Shown here: positions 26,766 through 36,158 of the stretch, one piece after another
How the letters are laid out: each line of letters opens with the position of its first letter
Numbering within the stretch: position 1 is the stretch's first letter
Assembly (NCBI GenBank): GCA_030625775.1
Contig: DAOUQC010000014.1
Coordinates: forward strand, 7,907 to 71,906
Length of the DNA: 64,000 bases
DNA from: Verrucomicrobiota bacterium
Lineage (GTDB): Bacteria; Verrucomicrobiota; Verrucomicrobiia; Verrucomicrobiales; DEV007
Direction: 5' to 3'
Translations under genes and position numbers: made by a program
Notes under the pieces: generated by a model
Database searches by the model: none
What the model saw: only the letters and a program-made list of their open reading frames with translations
Told to the model about the DNA's origin: nothing

Positions 26766-26841
26766 ATGGAGGGGAGTTTAGCCGACCTCTTCATCGGGCT
26801 CAATACCCAATGTTGACTGACTACGGATACCTGTTTGTTAT

Positions 26842-27357
26842 TTATCCGCCAAATGTGGATACAAAAGAAGTGAGTAGGGCAAGGAAGAGCAACCAAATGG
26901 AGATATTGACCACAGTGACGCCGATCAGGGTCGCGGCGATAAAGAGCAGGGGCCTCCAGCTTCCTCCAGACTGGTCCCCTTGGTGACTCTCCAGAAATTG
27001 TTGCATCATGGCATAGTTTCTGGAGTTGGACTTAAACCAGGCGGAGAAGATGTCTCCCAGCAGGGGAACTGCTCCGAAAATGGCGTTCAGAAAAACATTC
27101 CCCGACATTTTGAGCATTAGTTTGAAGGGGAGTCCATGTCGGCGGGCATCCGCCAGCAGAAAACAGGCGACAATCGAGGGCAGGATTTCACCGCCTCCAG
27201 GGATCAGGCCGAGAATGGGATCGAGGCCAATACGAAATTTTGTCCCTGGGATTCGAATGAATTCATCCAGCACCCAGGCGATTTTCCGCGAAGCCGGACT
27301 CAGCTTTGACGGTGCGGGCTCAGCGGGTTCAGCTGCTTGAAGGGGCTTGTCAGGCAA
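26842..27357 (-). CDS. DUF4112-domain membrane protein
   Basis: FIRIPGTKFRIGLDPILGLIPGGGEILPS matches the DUF4112 signature as I remember it. Only a TTG start (27357) is available in this frame. Confidence 0.65.
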   Translation of the reverse strand: MPDKPLQAAEPAEPAPSKLSPASRKIAWVLDEFIRIPGTKFRIGLDPILGLIPGGGEILPSIVACFLLADARRHGLPFKLMLKMSGNVFLNAIFGAVPLLGDIFSAWFKSNSRNYAMMQQFLESHQGDQSGGSWRPLLFIAATLIGVTVVNISIWLLFLALLTSFVSTFGG

Positions 27358-27374
27358 TTCAGAAATGTAGGGCT

Positions 27375-29000
27375 TCAGGGGTTTTTGATCTCTAACAACA
27401 TCTGGGCGTTTGAGTTGAACCTTTCCAGGAAAGAAAGCAATCGTTGCATGGCTTCTTCCGGTTTGTGGCCAGCAAGTCCCCGGCGAATGATCTGGATTTT
27501 TTCCAGCATATGGGGAGCGAGCAAAAGTTCTTCACGGCGAGTACCGGATTTATTGATGTCGACAGCAGGGTAGATGTAGTTTTGGGCAATGTGGCGGTTG
27601 AGCACCAACTCCATGTTGCCTGTGCCTTTGAACTCCTGGAAAATAGCATCATCCATGCGGCTGTTGGTTTCGATCAGGGCCGTGGCAACGATGGTCAGGG
27701 AGCCTGCTTCGCGGGTATTGCGCGCTGCAGCAAACAGCTTTCTCGGGATCTCGAGAGCACCCACGGAGAGTCCTCCGGAAGCGGTGCCGCGGCCTTTACC
27801 CTTGGTGGCATTATTAAAAGCACGAGCCAGGCGGGTGATGGAGTCCAGCAGAATGAATACATGTTCTCCCGCTTCCACCAGACGTTTGGCCCGTTCGATG
27901 GCCAACTGGGAAATCCGGGTGTGGTCTTTCACATTCGAATCATTGGAGCTGGCCATGACTTCGGCTCCTGGAAGCGAGCGTTTGAAGTCGGTGACTTCTT
28001 CAGGTCGTTCGTCCACCAGCAAAACCATGAGCTTCACTTCGTCTTCATAGTTTTCCAGAATAGCTTCGGCAATGTGTTGGAGGATGGTGGTTTTTCCCGT
28101 CCTCGGGGGAGCTACGATCAGTCCACGTTGGCCGCGTCCGATGGGAGCCATCATGTCGATCACACGGGTGGTGTAACGATCCGGCCGGGTTTCCAGCGCG
28201 TAACGCTTGCAGGGGTTGATGGCGGTGAGCTCTTCAAAGTAGGGAAGATTGTGGTAATCTGCCGGAGGGCCACCGTTGATTTCCAGTAGTTCGGTTAATT
28301 GCGGGCCACGGTTGCCTTGCTGGGCTATGCATTTGACGTGAACGCCGTCTCTCAGGCCATGCACTCGAACCACCTCCGGGGTGATGAATACATCGTTGGG
28401 GGACTGTTGGTAATTTCTGTTTTCCTGTCTCAGGAAACCGAAGCCTTTGGGGGAAATTTCCACTAAGCCAATCGCTTCGACAGGAGGCCCTGGATCAACG
28501 GGCTCCCGCTGTTTCTGGCGCCCTTGATTTCTTCTTTCGTCTCCGTCTTCTCCCCGGTCATTTCGATCATTTCGATCATTTCGTTCTCCACCGCTGTTGT
28601 TACGTCGTCTGTTGCGATTGCGACCTCCTCGTCCTTTGTTGCCCCGGCGATTTTGATTTCTGCGAGAGTCATCCCGGGAATCGGAGCCCGAGCGCCGGTT
28701 GGATCGTTGGTGATTCGAAGAACGTCCATCACTTCCACTGCCGGGACCTTCCAGAGAGACATTGTCGGGCTGTCTGTCTTCGGGTGCCGGGGGAGCGGGA
28801 GAGTTGTCAGGATTATTTTTTGAGGGCGAAGCCGACTGCTGATCTGTCGAAGACCGGTCGGTTGGTTTTTTGCGAGCGGGGCGGCGGCGGGTAGAGTCAG
28901 CCGTGATTTTTTTTCTAGGCTTTTCAGCCGGGGCTTCGCTAGCCGGCAGTTTTGCTGGTGCCGGTGGATTGGTGGTAGAATCGGGTTGTGATTCGCTCAT
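27375..29000 (-). CDS. rho: Transcription termination factor Rho with ~170-aa low-complexity N-terminal extension
   Basis: CSD-like RNA-binding part GLVEISPKGFGFLRQ...VFITPEVVRVHGLRDGVHV, Walker A APPRTGKTTIL, LLVDERPEEV, and LIETNSRMDDAIFQEFKGTGNMELVL. Confidence 0.95.
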   Translation of the reverse strand: MSESQPDSTTNPPAPAKLPASEAPAEKPRKKITADSTRRRPARKKPTDRSSTDQQSASPSKNNPDNSPAPPAPEDRQPDNVSLEGPGSGSDGRSSNHQRSNRRSGSDSRDDSRRNQNRRGNKGRGGRNRNRRRNNSGGERNDRNDRNDRGEDGDERRNQGRQKQREPVDPGPPVEAIGLVEISPKGFGFLRQENRNYQQSPNDVFITPEVVRVHGLRDGVHVKCIAQQGNRGPQLTELLEINGGPPADYHNLPYFEELTAINPCKRYALETRPDRYTTRVIDMMAPIGRGQRGLIVAPPRTGKTTILQHIAEAILENYEDEVKLMVLLVDERPEEVTDFKRSLPGAEVMASSNDSNVKDHTRISQLAIERAKRLVEAGEHVFILLDSITRLARAFNNATKGKGRGTASGGLSVGALEIPRKLFAAARNTREAGSLTIVATALIETNSRMDDAIFQEFKGTGNMELVLNRHIAQNYIYPAVDINKSGTRREELLLAPHMLEKIQIIRRGLAGHKPEEAMQRLLSFLERFNSNAQMLLEIKNP

Positions 29001-29047
29001 GTCGATAGTTAAAAGTTACTAAAAGGAATTAAGGCAATGGCTCTTAT

Positions 29048-29803
29048 TTATTTGGCCATCATTTTTTCCAGGATGTCGTCGGCGATTTCGAAAGTGCCGA
29101 ATACGCTGATCGTATCGTCGTAATCATCAAGGGCTTCGTACAGGCGCAATACCTGGGAGGCAATCGATGCATCGGTGATTTCTACAGGGGTACTGGGGAT
29201 GAATACCAGCCCCTGGGATTTTAATTGCAGTTCGCCGTCCCGCAAGACTTCGGCGACGGAGTTCAACTGGTCTGCCGCAGTGAGGATGATGTGTTCCCCG
29301 TCATCCGTGCTGACATCATCAGCACCTGCTTCCAGGGCTTTTTCAAAAATTTCCACTTCGCCGATGAGTTCGGCATCGATAATGATCTCACCTTTTTTAT
29401 CAAACATATGGGCGACCGTGCCGGAGGTTCCCATATTGCCGTTGTTTTTATTGAAAGCACTGCGGATGTCTGCGGCTGAACGGTTTTTGTTGTCTGTGGC
29501 CACTTGAACCAGCATGCCAACTCCGCCTGCGCCAAAACCCTCGTAGGTGATTTCTTCAATAGTGCCGCCACCAAGTTCGCCAGTGCCTTTTTTGATCGCC
29601 CGTTCGATATTGTCCTTGGGCATCGATTGGGACTTGGAGCTGTCTATCGCCTGACGCAAGCGAGGGTTCATCCCGGGGTCGCCGCCGCCATCGCGCGCTG
29701 CAATGGCGATTTCGTGAGCAAACTTACTGAAGACTTTGCCTTTTTTGGCATCCTCTTTAGCTTTGATATGCTTAATCTTTGACCACTTGTTGTGTCCTGA
29801 CAT
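29048..29803 (-). CDS. yebC: YebC/PmpR-family transcriptional regulator
   Basis: Canonical N-terminus MSGHNKWSKIKHIKAKEDAKKGKVFSK and full-length (251 aa) family architecture. Confidence 0.95.
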   Translation of the reverse strand: MSGHNKWSKIKHIKAKEDAKKGKVFSKFAHEIAIAARDGGGDPGMNPRLRQAIDSSKSQSMPKDNIERAIKKGTGELGGGTIEEITYEGFGAGGVGMLVQVATDNKNRSAADIRSAFNKNNGNMGTSGTVAHMFDKKGEIIIDAELIGEVEIFEKALEAGADDVSTDDGEHIILTAADQLNSVAEVLRDGELQLKSQGLVFIPSTPVEITDASIASQVLRLYEALDDYDDTISVFGTFEIADDILEKMMAK

Positions 29804-30108
29804 CGATCCTGTGCTGGAGTTGACCAGTCATTGCTCGGAAGAGTCCTGTGACTGGATAATGAAATCGACGAATACTAATTTTAGTAAACGAATGTATGTA
29901 ATAAATGCTTTTGCAGAGAAGAACCCGGGGTTCAGACTGATTAAGAATATTTCAGTTAATGAACAAGCGGATGGCGTTAAAACGCGACTGCCCGAACAAG
30001 AACAACGAAATCTGGTTCTGAATTCTGAATCAATGTCCTGAAGGACACTGCTGGAGTTTCAAGGAGCGAACCGACCCCTGCTTCACTATAACTAATGACG
30101 TTTCCTTG

Positions 30109-30129
30109 AGGCTGGCGCAAGCCTTTTTT
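30109..30129 (+). terminator. Orphan intrinsic-terminator-like hairpin in a 5' leader
   Basis: AGGCT-GGCGCA-AGCCT (5-bp stem, 6-nt loop) followed by TTTTT, 52 nt upstream of the ATG at 30182. There is no plus-strand gene upstream. Confidence 0.3.
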
Positions 30130-30181
30130 GCGTATTTTTTTCCCGTCCCACGAATGAGGACTTTTTACTGGCGCGGGGTCA

Positions 30182-30871
30182 ATGAATATTGGACAATGGG
30201 CAATGGACAATGAAGAGGGGAAAAAGACCTATTGTGTGAGACGACTTGGAGATCAAGCCAGGCCGTATGATGGCGTCTTGTCTCCGCAAGCGTGGCAGAA
30301 GGCGGACTTATTGAGTGATTTTTCTTTTCCTTGGCTGGATAGGCAGGCACCGGAAACGCTGTTTCGTGCTTTGTGGGACGATGAGAATTTTTATTTCCGT
30401 TATGACGTGGAAGATGCGGATGTGGTAATGGTGGAGGGGGCAAATTCAATGGAGAAGGTGATGGGCTCGGATCGAGTGGAGATTTTTTTTACCACAGGTG
30501 ACGAACTGGATCCCTATTATGGATTGGAAATGGATCCCCGGGGGGAGGTTCTGCCCTATGAGACCCGCTATCACCGCGAGTTTAATTGGGATTGGTCCTG
30601 CCCGGAACTGCAGGTGTGGCCAGAGTTGACTGAGCAAGGCTATAACCTGGAGGGTGCGATTCCCCTGCAGACATTTCGCGATTTGGCTTGTTGGTTTGAA
30701 AAAGACGGGCAGCCCTATTTGAAAGCCGGTTTGTTTCGTGCCGAATTCAGTCATGGGGCCGAGGGGCAGCCAGTGGTGGAGGATTGGATCAGTTGGGTGG
30801 ATCCGAAGGTGGAGGTTCCGGATTTTCATCTGCCCTCGGCATTCGGAGTGCTGGAGTTTGTGGGGGAGTGA
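30182..30871 (+). CDS. Carbohydrate-binding family 9-like (DOMON-like) domain protein
   Basis: FRALWDDENFYFRYDVEDADV and YYGLEMDPRGEV resemble the CBM9-like sugar-binding fold. It is an isolated plus-strand gene. Confidence 0.5.
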   Translation: MNIGQWAMDNEEGKKTYCVRRLGDQARPYDGVLSPQAWQKADLLSDFSFPWLDRQAPETLFRALWDDENFYFRYDVEDADVVMVEGANSMEKVMGSDRVEIFFTTGDELDPYYGLEMDPRGEVLPYETRYHREFNWDWSCPELQVWPELTEQGYNLEGAIPLQTFRDLACWFEKDGQPYLKAGLFRAEFSHGAEGQPVVEDWISWVDPKVEVPDFHLPSAFGVLEFVGE

Positions 30872-30938
30872 GCTTTAAATATTCATTTCCCGCCTGAAGC
30901 GAAAGCTAATGCGATGGCTGGCAATAGTGTAAATCGTT

Positions 30939-33872
30939 TCATTTTTTATTCTTCGCAACTTGCTGAATAAAAGCAATGATATCGGCGAGCTTTTGCGGAT
31001 CAAGGGCAGCTTCGAGGCCATCCGGCATGGCGGAAAGAGCAAGGGATTTGAGGGATTTGATCTCGCTGCGCAGCAGTGAGCGCTGGCTGCCATCGAGAAT
31101 CTGCAAGGTGAGGCTGCCGCCTGATTCTTCAATGATCATTCCGGCGAGGGAGTCTCCGTTATTGAGGATGATGTTGTAGAGCAGGTATTTGTCTTCGATA
31201 GCGCGGTTAGGATCGAGGATGGCAACGAGCATTGCGCCTGAAGAGTTATCGGAAAGGGCAGTCAAGTCGGGGCCGATATGACGTCCTATGCCGTCGAGTT
31301 GATGGCAGACGGAACACAGTGCGGTGAATAGCTCACGCCCTTTTGCTGCATCACCTTGTAGTTTCAGGGCGGGAATAAATTTTTCGACTACGGCTTCGCG
31401 ATTGGTATTTGCGTTGTTTTTGAATATTTTTTCTGCCCGGCTGCGAATGTCGGCATTGCGGTAGCGGATCAGGCGATCCCTTCCTGCGGCATCAATGGAG
31501 GCGGAGGCAATATTTTCATTTTCGAGCGCATTCAACAGCTTTACTGTATCGCTTTTTCGGTTGAGGCATTGGCTGACAATACTGGAGCGCAGGGCGGGAG
31601 AGCTTTCCGGCCAGGCCTTGAGCAGAGTATCGACTTGTCCGGATTCGGCCAGACGGAGGGCGGCTGCGCGTTGTAAATCACCGGGAGATTGAGCGCTCAA
31701 TAGTGAAGCCAGGATGAGGGTATCGGAACTCCGATCAGCGGAGTGACGCCCCAGCAAAGTGAGTGTGGCGATTCGGTTTTTTACCAGAGCTTTACTATTG
31801 ACGGCCATACTGCGGGCCGTGTCGGTGAGGCTGGATGCGGCATCGAGAGTTGAGCGAAGGGCGGGCGATGCCTTTTTGTGATAGGCCTCGATTTTAATTT
31901 TTCGTCGATCCATGACGGACAGGAAGTTGGCATAAACCGAGAAGCGAGTGGTGGCATCGAGATCGCGCCCGATATTGAGTGTGTGATTGACAGCTTCCTG
32001 GTTGTTGGTGGCGAGAGCAGTTTCCAGAAGATAGGGCAGCAGCGAATAGGTGAGTTCAGGTGCGGTTCTTGCCAGTGTTGCGGCAACCGTTTCCAGGTGG
32101 ATTGGAAGTGAACTCATCGCGGCAGCGGTGAAAAAAACATCCTTGCTGTGGGAGATCGCCAGATTGGCGAGAGTTTGGCCGGCTTTGCTGCCGGGCCATT
32201 CTCCAAGGGCTAGCGCCAACTGAAAGAGGACATCGGCATTCTTGTCGTTTGAGAGGGCTAACAGAGCTTCCAACAGTTCTGGATTTGTATTGGCAAATTG
32301 TTCGCTCAGTCTGACGGCATGGCGACGCACACCCGGGTGGGCATCGGAGAATCCTCTGGAGATATGTTTGTCGTTCAGCAACTTCAACCCATCGAGCACA
32401 CAAAGGGCGTGAAGTCTTGCCAGAGCTTGCGGGCTTGTGAGCAGCAATTCGTCCAGGTGAGGGAGTGTGGAAGAATCGTTTTTCCACAACAGTATTTGGT
32501 GGGCGGTGTCGCGGGTCCAGCCATTGGGGGAAGCGAGCAGGGCGACTAGTTCAGGAACTGTTTTTTCAGTGAGATTCGGGGCAACTGCGCTACCGGTTAT
32601 ATCGGAGACAACTCGATAGATGCGTCCACGTTCGGAGCCCGCACGCAGGTTGAGAACTTTTTGCCAGACCTCGGGGATCCATTCGGGGTGTTCGATCACG
32701 TAGCGGTGCATGTCAGTGACCCACAGGGCACCGTCGGGGCCGGTGAAGGCACTGGTGGGACGGAACCAATTGTCGGTCGAGCTCAGGAATTCAGATTCAC
32801 TTTCGTCTTTTGCCCGGTGGCTTTGACGGGCAACATTTTCTGCCGGGAAAAAAACTTCGCGGTGAACCAGGTTGTGAACAGGTTCGCAGACAAAAGCGTT
32901 ACCTGAAAAAGCAGCTCCAAGGCGGGGGTCACGGTGGATGGTCAAGCCACAGCCCGAAGTGATGCGGTTGGCAGCAGAGGGGACGTTGAACCGAGCGGCG
33001 CTTTCTCCCGCCGGGTAAACACGAGGGGCCTGGGGGATCTCGGGCACCTGGTGTTTGGCACTGGGGTAAGTGATGTGGGGATTTCTGCGCAGCCAGGCGT
33101 CAGGCAGGACAAACTGATAAAGTGGAAAGGAATTGCTGCAGCCATACCAGTTGCCCCAGTTGTCCCTTGTGCGTCCGTTCTGGGTGCGTCCGGTTTCCAG
33201 TTCGATCTCACCACTGTCTGCTTTGATGCGCAGATCAAAACCTCCCAGATCCACACTTTTGCCGGTTTTTGTTGATACTACTTTACCTCCACTGTCGCCG
33301 TTAGCGAGGTGCAGCCAGTTGTCGAGTCCCCAGGCAAGGGTATTCACACGGTGTTGTTGATTGCCTTCCCTGAACCCTGAGAATAGGACGGTTTTTATGT
33401 CGGCTTTTCCATCTCCGTCACTGTCTTCTGCATAGAATACTTCAGGAGCGGCAACGACGATGACTCCCTTGCGCCAGGCTTTGACCGAGGTTGGAAAACG
33501 CAGGCCTTCCATAAACAAGGTGGAGCTGTCATATTTCCCGTCGCCATTTTTGTCTTCGAGAAATCGAACCCGCCCGCCTGGTGTGCCTTTGCCATCCGGA
33601 CCAAGAGGGTAGTCCGCCATTTCCACCACCCACAGTTTTCCATCCGGTCCCCAGTCGAGGCTGATGGGATCCATCACCATGGGTTCGGCGGCGATGAGCT
33701 CTACTTTCAATCCGGCTTTGGTTTTGACCGTGGCAACAGATTCCGCAAGAGGCAGAGGTTGCGGCATTTTGAAACCGGGCGGGATGGTTTCAACCTTTTC
33801 GTAGGCGAGAAGATCGATGGGGCAAAAGGAGGAAGCGATGAGTGCCGACAAGAATAAATATTTTGGGGTCAT
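30939..33872 (-). CDS. PVC-type membrane-bound dehydrogenase domain / HEAT repeat / CxxCH heme-binding protein
   Basis: N-terminal propeller-like region (GPDGKLWVVEM, GPDGALWVTDM), a central HEAT-like block, and a C-terminal cytochrome c motif CSVCHQLDG. The track start at 33908 is TTG; the ATG at 33872 gives the signal peptide MTPKYLFLSALIASS. Confidence 0.85.
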   Translation of the reverse strand: MTPKYLFLSALIASSFCPIDLLAYEKVETIPPGFKMPQPLPLAESVATVKTKAGLKVELIAAEPMVMDPISLDWGPDGKLWVVEMADYPLGPDGKGTPGGRVRFLEDKNGDGKYDSSTLFMEGLRFPTSVKAWRKGVIVVAAPEVFYAEDSDGDGKADIKTVLFSGFREGNQQHRVNTLAWGLDNWLHLANGDSGGKVVSTKTGKSVDLGGFDLRIKADSGEIELETGRTQNGRTRDNWGNWYGCSNSFPLYQFVLPDAWLRRNPHITYPSAKHQVPEIPQAPRVYPAGESAARFNVPSAANRITSGCGLTIHRDPRLGAAFSGNAFVCEPVHNLVHREVFFPAENVARQSHRAKDESESEFLSSTDNWFRPTSAFTGPDGALWVTDMHRYVIEHPEWIPEVWQKVLNLRAGSERGRIYRVVSDITGSAVAPNLTEKTVPELVALLASPNGWTRDTAHQILLWKNDSSTLPHLDELLLTSPQALARLHALCVLDGLKLLNDKHISRGFSDAHPGVRRHAVRLSEQFANTNPELLEALLALSNDKNADVLFQLALALGEWPGSKAGQTLANLAISHSKDVFFTAAAMSSLPIHLETVAATLARTAPELTYSLLPYLLETALATNNQEAVNHTLNIGRDLDATTRFSVYANFLSVMDRRKIKIEAYHKKASPALRSTLDAASSLTDTARSMAVNSKALVKNRIATLTLLGRHSADRSSDTLILASLLSAQSPGDLQRAAALRLAESGQVDTLLKAWPESSPALRSSIVSQCLNRKSDTVKLLNALENENIASASIDAAGRDRLIRYRNADIRSRAEKIFKNNANTNREAVVEKFIPALKLQGDAAKGRELFTALCSVCHQLDGIGRHIGPDLTALSDNSSGAMLVAILDPNRAIEDKYLLYNIILNNGDSLAGMIIEESGGSLTLQILDGSQRSLLRSEIKSLKSLALSAMPDGLEAALDPQKLADIIAFIQQVAKNKK

Positions 33873-33957
33873 GGGGCTGGGTGTTGTTCGAATTAAACAG
33901 ATTGGCAATCTGTTCTACAGGTGTTGGCGCTGCCAGGTTCTGAGAAGGGGATAGGAA

Positions 33958-35379
33958 CTACTTGTTTTGCTTTTGCCAATTGTCAGGCAACATGGCTGTG
34001 ATGCTTTTCAACAGGGTGGGTTCCACTTGCGGTTGGAAGCGTGCGGGTTTGGCATAGTATATCATAGAAAAATCGGCTTCGTACCCACCTTCGTTTAATA
34101 TTCTGACCGAGGGAATGTAGCAGGGGGTGTCATTGCAATAGGCGGACACCCACAAGCGATCCGGTCCATAAATCTGTTTCAATTTCAGAGCGTAATCAAC
34201 CACCACCTCACCTCCGAGGAAGACCATTGCCAGCGCATTGCCAAAGCGCCAGGTCTGCACGGGCAGGCTGACGGTAGTTGCCAGCGCTTCTCCAGAGTCC
34301 ATTTTTTTCAGCAGCCTCTGGGCGAGATGCCGTCGTTGGCTTCTTTTGTCAGTAGCTGCTGTTTGTTCGATTTCAGCCCGGGATGGGGCCGCTTCCAGCG
34401 GAAGGTCGACAAACTGGAACTTTACTTCGGGCAGGGCCTTCAAGGGAATCATTTTTTTGCCGAGCAGTCGTTGCACTTCTCTGGCGATTTCTGTGCCATG
34501 CGACTTGGTAACAGCCAGTTTCCCATTACCCCGATCTCTAGGGTTTGCATCGGCGCCGCAGCCTATCATCACCAGTCCTACTGCGCCCTCATGATCCTGC
34601 TCCATGCCATCCGAGGCGTAACCCGCCCAGTCTCCACACACATAGTTGACGGCACCTAGAGTGGTGCAGTGACAAGCGTAATTAACGAGCATCGCGACAA
34701 CCTCTCCCTTTTCATCTCGTGCGGCCAGCAAAGGCAGGGCATGATCCACTTGCGTGGAGGCTACATTTTTTACTTTGCGCCGATTGACAGCAAAACCCGC
34801 ACTGCCTTGAGCCCAGGACAAGCTGCAAGGTTTTTGTTTTTGTATAGCCATTGAAACGGCTTGCACAATGCCCTGCAGCATTTGCTGCCCGTAACGGTCA
34901 ACGGCTCGCCACTCTTCTTCGCTGAGAGAGGTGGCAAATATCGTCGGCAGGTAATCCCTCGCCGGGTGTGGAGCATTGTGTGAATGGGTTCCCGCAAGAA
35001 CCACACGGGCCCGGGAAATCCCGAATTTATCTTTTAATTGTTTGGCGGCAAGCTCGGCGATGCTGCCTGGAACAGCGATGGAGTCAACCGTTACCATGAC
35101 CACGGGTTCCTTGTCACCGATGACCAGGGCGCGAGCCCACAATTTTTGCTCCACGCCATCATTCCATGCTGTGCGGCTGCCGTAACCGCTTAGACGGACA
35201 GGGTAGTCCGGGGTGATATCCACCCGTGCTGCTCCAATGGGAATCAGGGGTGATTTTGAATCTGCAGCAGAAGTGTTGGCAATGATCCAGGTTAGCAGAA
35301 AAAAAGCCAAAAAGCCCGGTTTTAGAATTTGTTTGAAGATTGCAGGAGGGGAGATGGCGGGGGTGCTGTCGGTGGTCAT
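33958..35379 (-). CDS. Neutral/alkaline ceramidase-like hydrolase (secreted)
   Basis: IGAARVDITPDYPVRLSGYGSR after a signal peptide is typical of the N-terminal ceramidase-type domain. The track start at 35421 is GTG; the ATG is at 35379. Confidence 0.55.
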   Translation of the reverse strand: MTTDSTPAISPPAIFKQILKPGFLAFFLLTWIIANTSAADSKSPLIPIGAARVDITPDYPVRLSGYGSRTAWNDGVEQKLWARALVIGDKEPVVMVTVDSIAVPGSIAELAAKQLKDKFGISRARVVLAGTHSHNAPHPARDYLPTIFATSLSEEEWRAVDRYGQQMLQGIVQAVSMAIQKQKPCSLSWAQGSAGFAVNRRKVKNVASTQVDHALPLLAARDEKGEVVAMLVNYACHCTTLGAVNYVCGDWAGYASDGMEQDHEGAVGLVMIGCGADANPRDRGNGKLAVTKSHGTEIAREVQRLLGKKMIPLKALPEVKFQFVDLPLEAAPSRAEIEQTAATDKRSQRRHLAQRLLKKMDSGEALATTVSLPVQTWRFGNALAMVFLGGEVVVDYALKLKQIYGPDRLWVSAYCNDTPCYIPSVRILNEGGYEADFSMIYYAKPARFQPQVEPTLLKSITAMLPDNWQKQNK

Positions 35380-35405
35380 ATTGGGGGGCGTTGAGTTGGG
35401 CTGTC

Positions 35406-36026
35406 TTAAGTGATGCTCCACTCCAGAGTCTGCAGTGATTGCTCAAGGTCTCCGGTCTGGAAAATGGTAATAATGGAAACATGTTCGTAGTAAATTTTCA
35501 TCGGGTCATCGTACTTGCGATGGCCGTTTTGAAATTGGTTGCGCAATCGGGAAACCAGGGTGAGCCAGATCGAAAGTAGATCATTTTGTGCGGCACGCTC
35601 GACAATGGATTGGTGAAACTCGATGTCCAGTTCGACGGTGCTGGCGTAATCGCTGGTTTCACAGGCGATGCGCATGCGTTTCAGAATGGAGTGCCATTGG
35701 TCGAAATCGTTGGCGTTCAGGTCTTGGAAAAATGAGCGCAGGGCGAAGGTTTCCAGAGTTCTGCGAAGCGGGACAATCAGCTCCTGGATCGAGTTGGGAG
35801 GGGAGGTGGCAACACGCACTCCGCAGTTGGGTTTGGCCACAACCATACCCTCGTGTGACAGGCGTTGCAGAGCTTCCCGGATTGGACCGCGACCAACCTT
35901 GAATTGTTTGGCCAGGGCAATTTCGCGCAGAGGGCTGCCTTCTTCCATCCGCCCTGCAATGATATCCGTGCGCAGTCGATTGGCAATTTGTTCGCTTTGC
36001 CCCTGATCTGGTTTTGTCGCATCCAT
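35406..36026 (-). CDS. GntR-family transcriptional regulator (FadR/FCD-type C-terminal domain)
   Basis: wHTH REIALAKQFKVGRGPIREALQRLSHEGMV and an all-helical C-terminal domain. ATG at 36026. Confidence 0.85.
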   Translation of the reverse strand: MDATKPDQGQSEQIANRLRTDIIAGRMEEGSPLREIALAKQFKVGRGPIREALQRLSHEGMVVAKPNCGVRVATSPPNSIQELIVPLRRTLETFALRSFFQDLNANDFDQWHSILKRMRIACETSDYASTVELDIEFHQSIVERAAQNDLLSIWLTLVSRLRNQFQNGHRKYDDPMKIYYEHVSIITIFQTGDLEQSLQTLEWSIT

Positions 36027-36055
36027 CGACCGACTAGCTAAGCAAGATTGGATAA

Positions 36056-36067
36056 ATTGTCAACAAT
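36056..36067. promoter_or_regulatory. Candidate GntR operator 1 (ATTGT-N2-ACAAT)
   Basis: ATTGTCAACAAT, 30-41 nt upstream of the GntR ATG. It is the exact reverse complement of site 2. Confidence 0.4.
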
Positions 36068-36117
36068 GCCAGTTAAAAGAATAGGGTGTAGTGGATTTAT
36101 TTGGAAAAATCGGACAT

Positions 36118-36129
36118 ATTGTTGACAAT
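36118..36129. promoter_or_regulatory. Candidate GntR operator 2 (ATTGT-N2-ACAAT, extended ATATTGT-TG-ACAATAT)
   Basis: ATTGTTGACAAT. Its centre is 62 bp from site 1, and the GT..AC core is typical of GntR-family operators. Confidence 0.4.
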
Positions 36130-36158
36130 ATTGGCGCTGTTCAAATGCCTCGGGGGCA

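Noticed and set aside
27444-28289. 281-aa plus-strand ORF
   Set aside because: It is antisense to rho and is a frame artefact.
29736-30041. 101-aa plus-strand ORF starting inside yebC
   Set aside because: It begins antisense within yebC and runs into AT-rich intergenic DNA with no motifs. I also looked here for tmRNA features (tag ending in ..AA, T-arm GGTTCGA) and found none.
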